Shown here piece after piece: positions 63,199 through 64,000 of a DNA stretch of 64,000 nucleotides. A program made the position numbers and the translations under genes. The stretch is taken from NCBI GenBank assembly GCA_051531975.1, contig JAOPTT010000006.1, forward strand, positions 128,656 to 192,655, read 5' to 3'. The first letter of the stretch is position 1, and every line of letters begins with the position of its first letter. The notes under the pieces are model-generated. The model ran no database searches. It saw nothing but the letters and a program-made list of their open reading frames with translations, and was not told where the DNA came from. This stretch comes from Spirochaetaceae bacterium (GTDB lineage: Bacteria > Spirochaetota > Spirochaetia > DSM-2461).

Positions 63199-63799
63199 GG
63201 TCTAAAACTCTAAAATAAAATTTATCAATAATATCAGGTCTATTCGTAGTTATTATCACACTTCTTTCTCCACCCTTTATATAGTTAATCAACCAGCTAA
63301 TCAATATTTTAGTTATTGTTGGATCTAGGGAGTTAAACGGTTCATCTAGAATAAGTAGTCGTGGTTTATGCAGTACAGATAGAATAAAATTAAGTTTTTT
63401 CTTATTCCCTGATGAAAGTTTTGATGTCTGGGTACTCCTATATTTATCCATTGAAAGTATTTTTAATAACGATAAGGCAAGATTTTTATCTTTAAGTTTA
63501 TACATTGATGATATTATATCAATCTGCTCCAATGGAGTTAACATTGGCCATAACATTGCAACTTCAGGGGCATAACCAATAGATTTGTAAGGATCTCCAG
63601 AGAATCCAAATATAACCTCTCCTGAATCAGGCTTAGTTAAACCTACTATCAGATTTGATAAAGTAGTTTTCCCAGAACCATTAGAACCAAGCACAGTTAA
63701 AATCTCTCCCTTTTCTAAATTAAAATTAATTATTGGCAGTTTGAATGTATTTTTATATATTTTTTGCAAACTTTTAACTTCCAACAGATACTCATTCAT
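63176..63799 (-). CDS. ABC transporter ATP-binding protein
   Basis: GSNGSGKT, LSSG, LILDEP. Confidence 0.9.
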   Translation of the reverse strand: MNEYLLEVKSLQKIYKNTFKLPIINFNLEKGEILTVLGSNGSGKTTLSNLIVGLTKPDSGEVIFGFSGDPYKSIGYAPEVAMLWPMLTPLEQIDIISSMYKLKDKNLALSLLKILSMDKYRSTQTSKLSSGNKKKLNFILSVLHKPRLLILDEPFNSLDPTITKILISWLINYIKGGERSVIITTNRPDIIDKFYFRVLDLDDVNHD

Positions 63800-64000
63800 T
63801 TAAACAAACCTTGTATATGTTTTTAACATTTCAATAATAGCAGGAATATTTCCAGAGAATATTTTTGAAAACTCCAATGCAAAAAGGTAACCACAATTAT
63901 CACAAAGACCAGGAATTTCTGAGCATCGACCACAGATAAAACGTTTGTTGTCTTCTGAAACAATGCACTGATAACATGGCCTTTTCCAGTTATTGATAAG
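63800..64000 (-). CDS. C-terminal part of a Cys-rich protein, possibly radical SAM (runs off window end)
   Basis: Manual translation LINNWKRPCYQCIVSEDNKRFICGRCSEIPGLCDNCGYLFALEF...RFV*. Confidence 0.55.
   Translation of the reverse strand, partial: LINNWKRPCYQCIVSEDNKRFICGRCSEIPGLCDNCGYLFALEFSKIFSGNIPAIIEMLKTYTRFV

Overview
AT-rich bacterial chromosome segment, most likely from a free-living spirochaete (tandem cheX, scpA-scpB-rluB-cmk/rpsA fusion, many lipoproteins; inference). About 1-23.6 kb is ordinary core genome ending in an intact comM (YifB/Mg-chelatase-like AAA+ ATPase, 22070-23584). From there to at least 61 kb lies an accessory array. Unrelated cargo (lipoproteins, two giant beta-propeller hybrid kinases, an ankyrin protein, a caspase, ttcA, a VDE-like lipocalin, gene stumps, dead IS fragments) is punctuated by direct-orientation copies of the 3' half of comM in varying states of decay: 28284-29189, 39177-39860, 42761-42855 plus 43921-44607 split by ttcA, 45943-45973 and 53832-53909. 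The two longest copies start at the Walker A motif with a shared derived junction. That junction also occurs alone at about 31964 and 32887 and is twice preceded by a shared ~100-120 bp leader. One copy keeps 94 codons with 14 synonymous and no non-synonymous changes relative to comM. No intact integrase or transposase is visible. The pattern suggests a comM-anchored gene-capture or cassette-accretion locus; the mechanism is inference.
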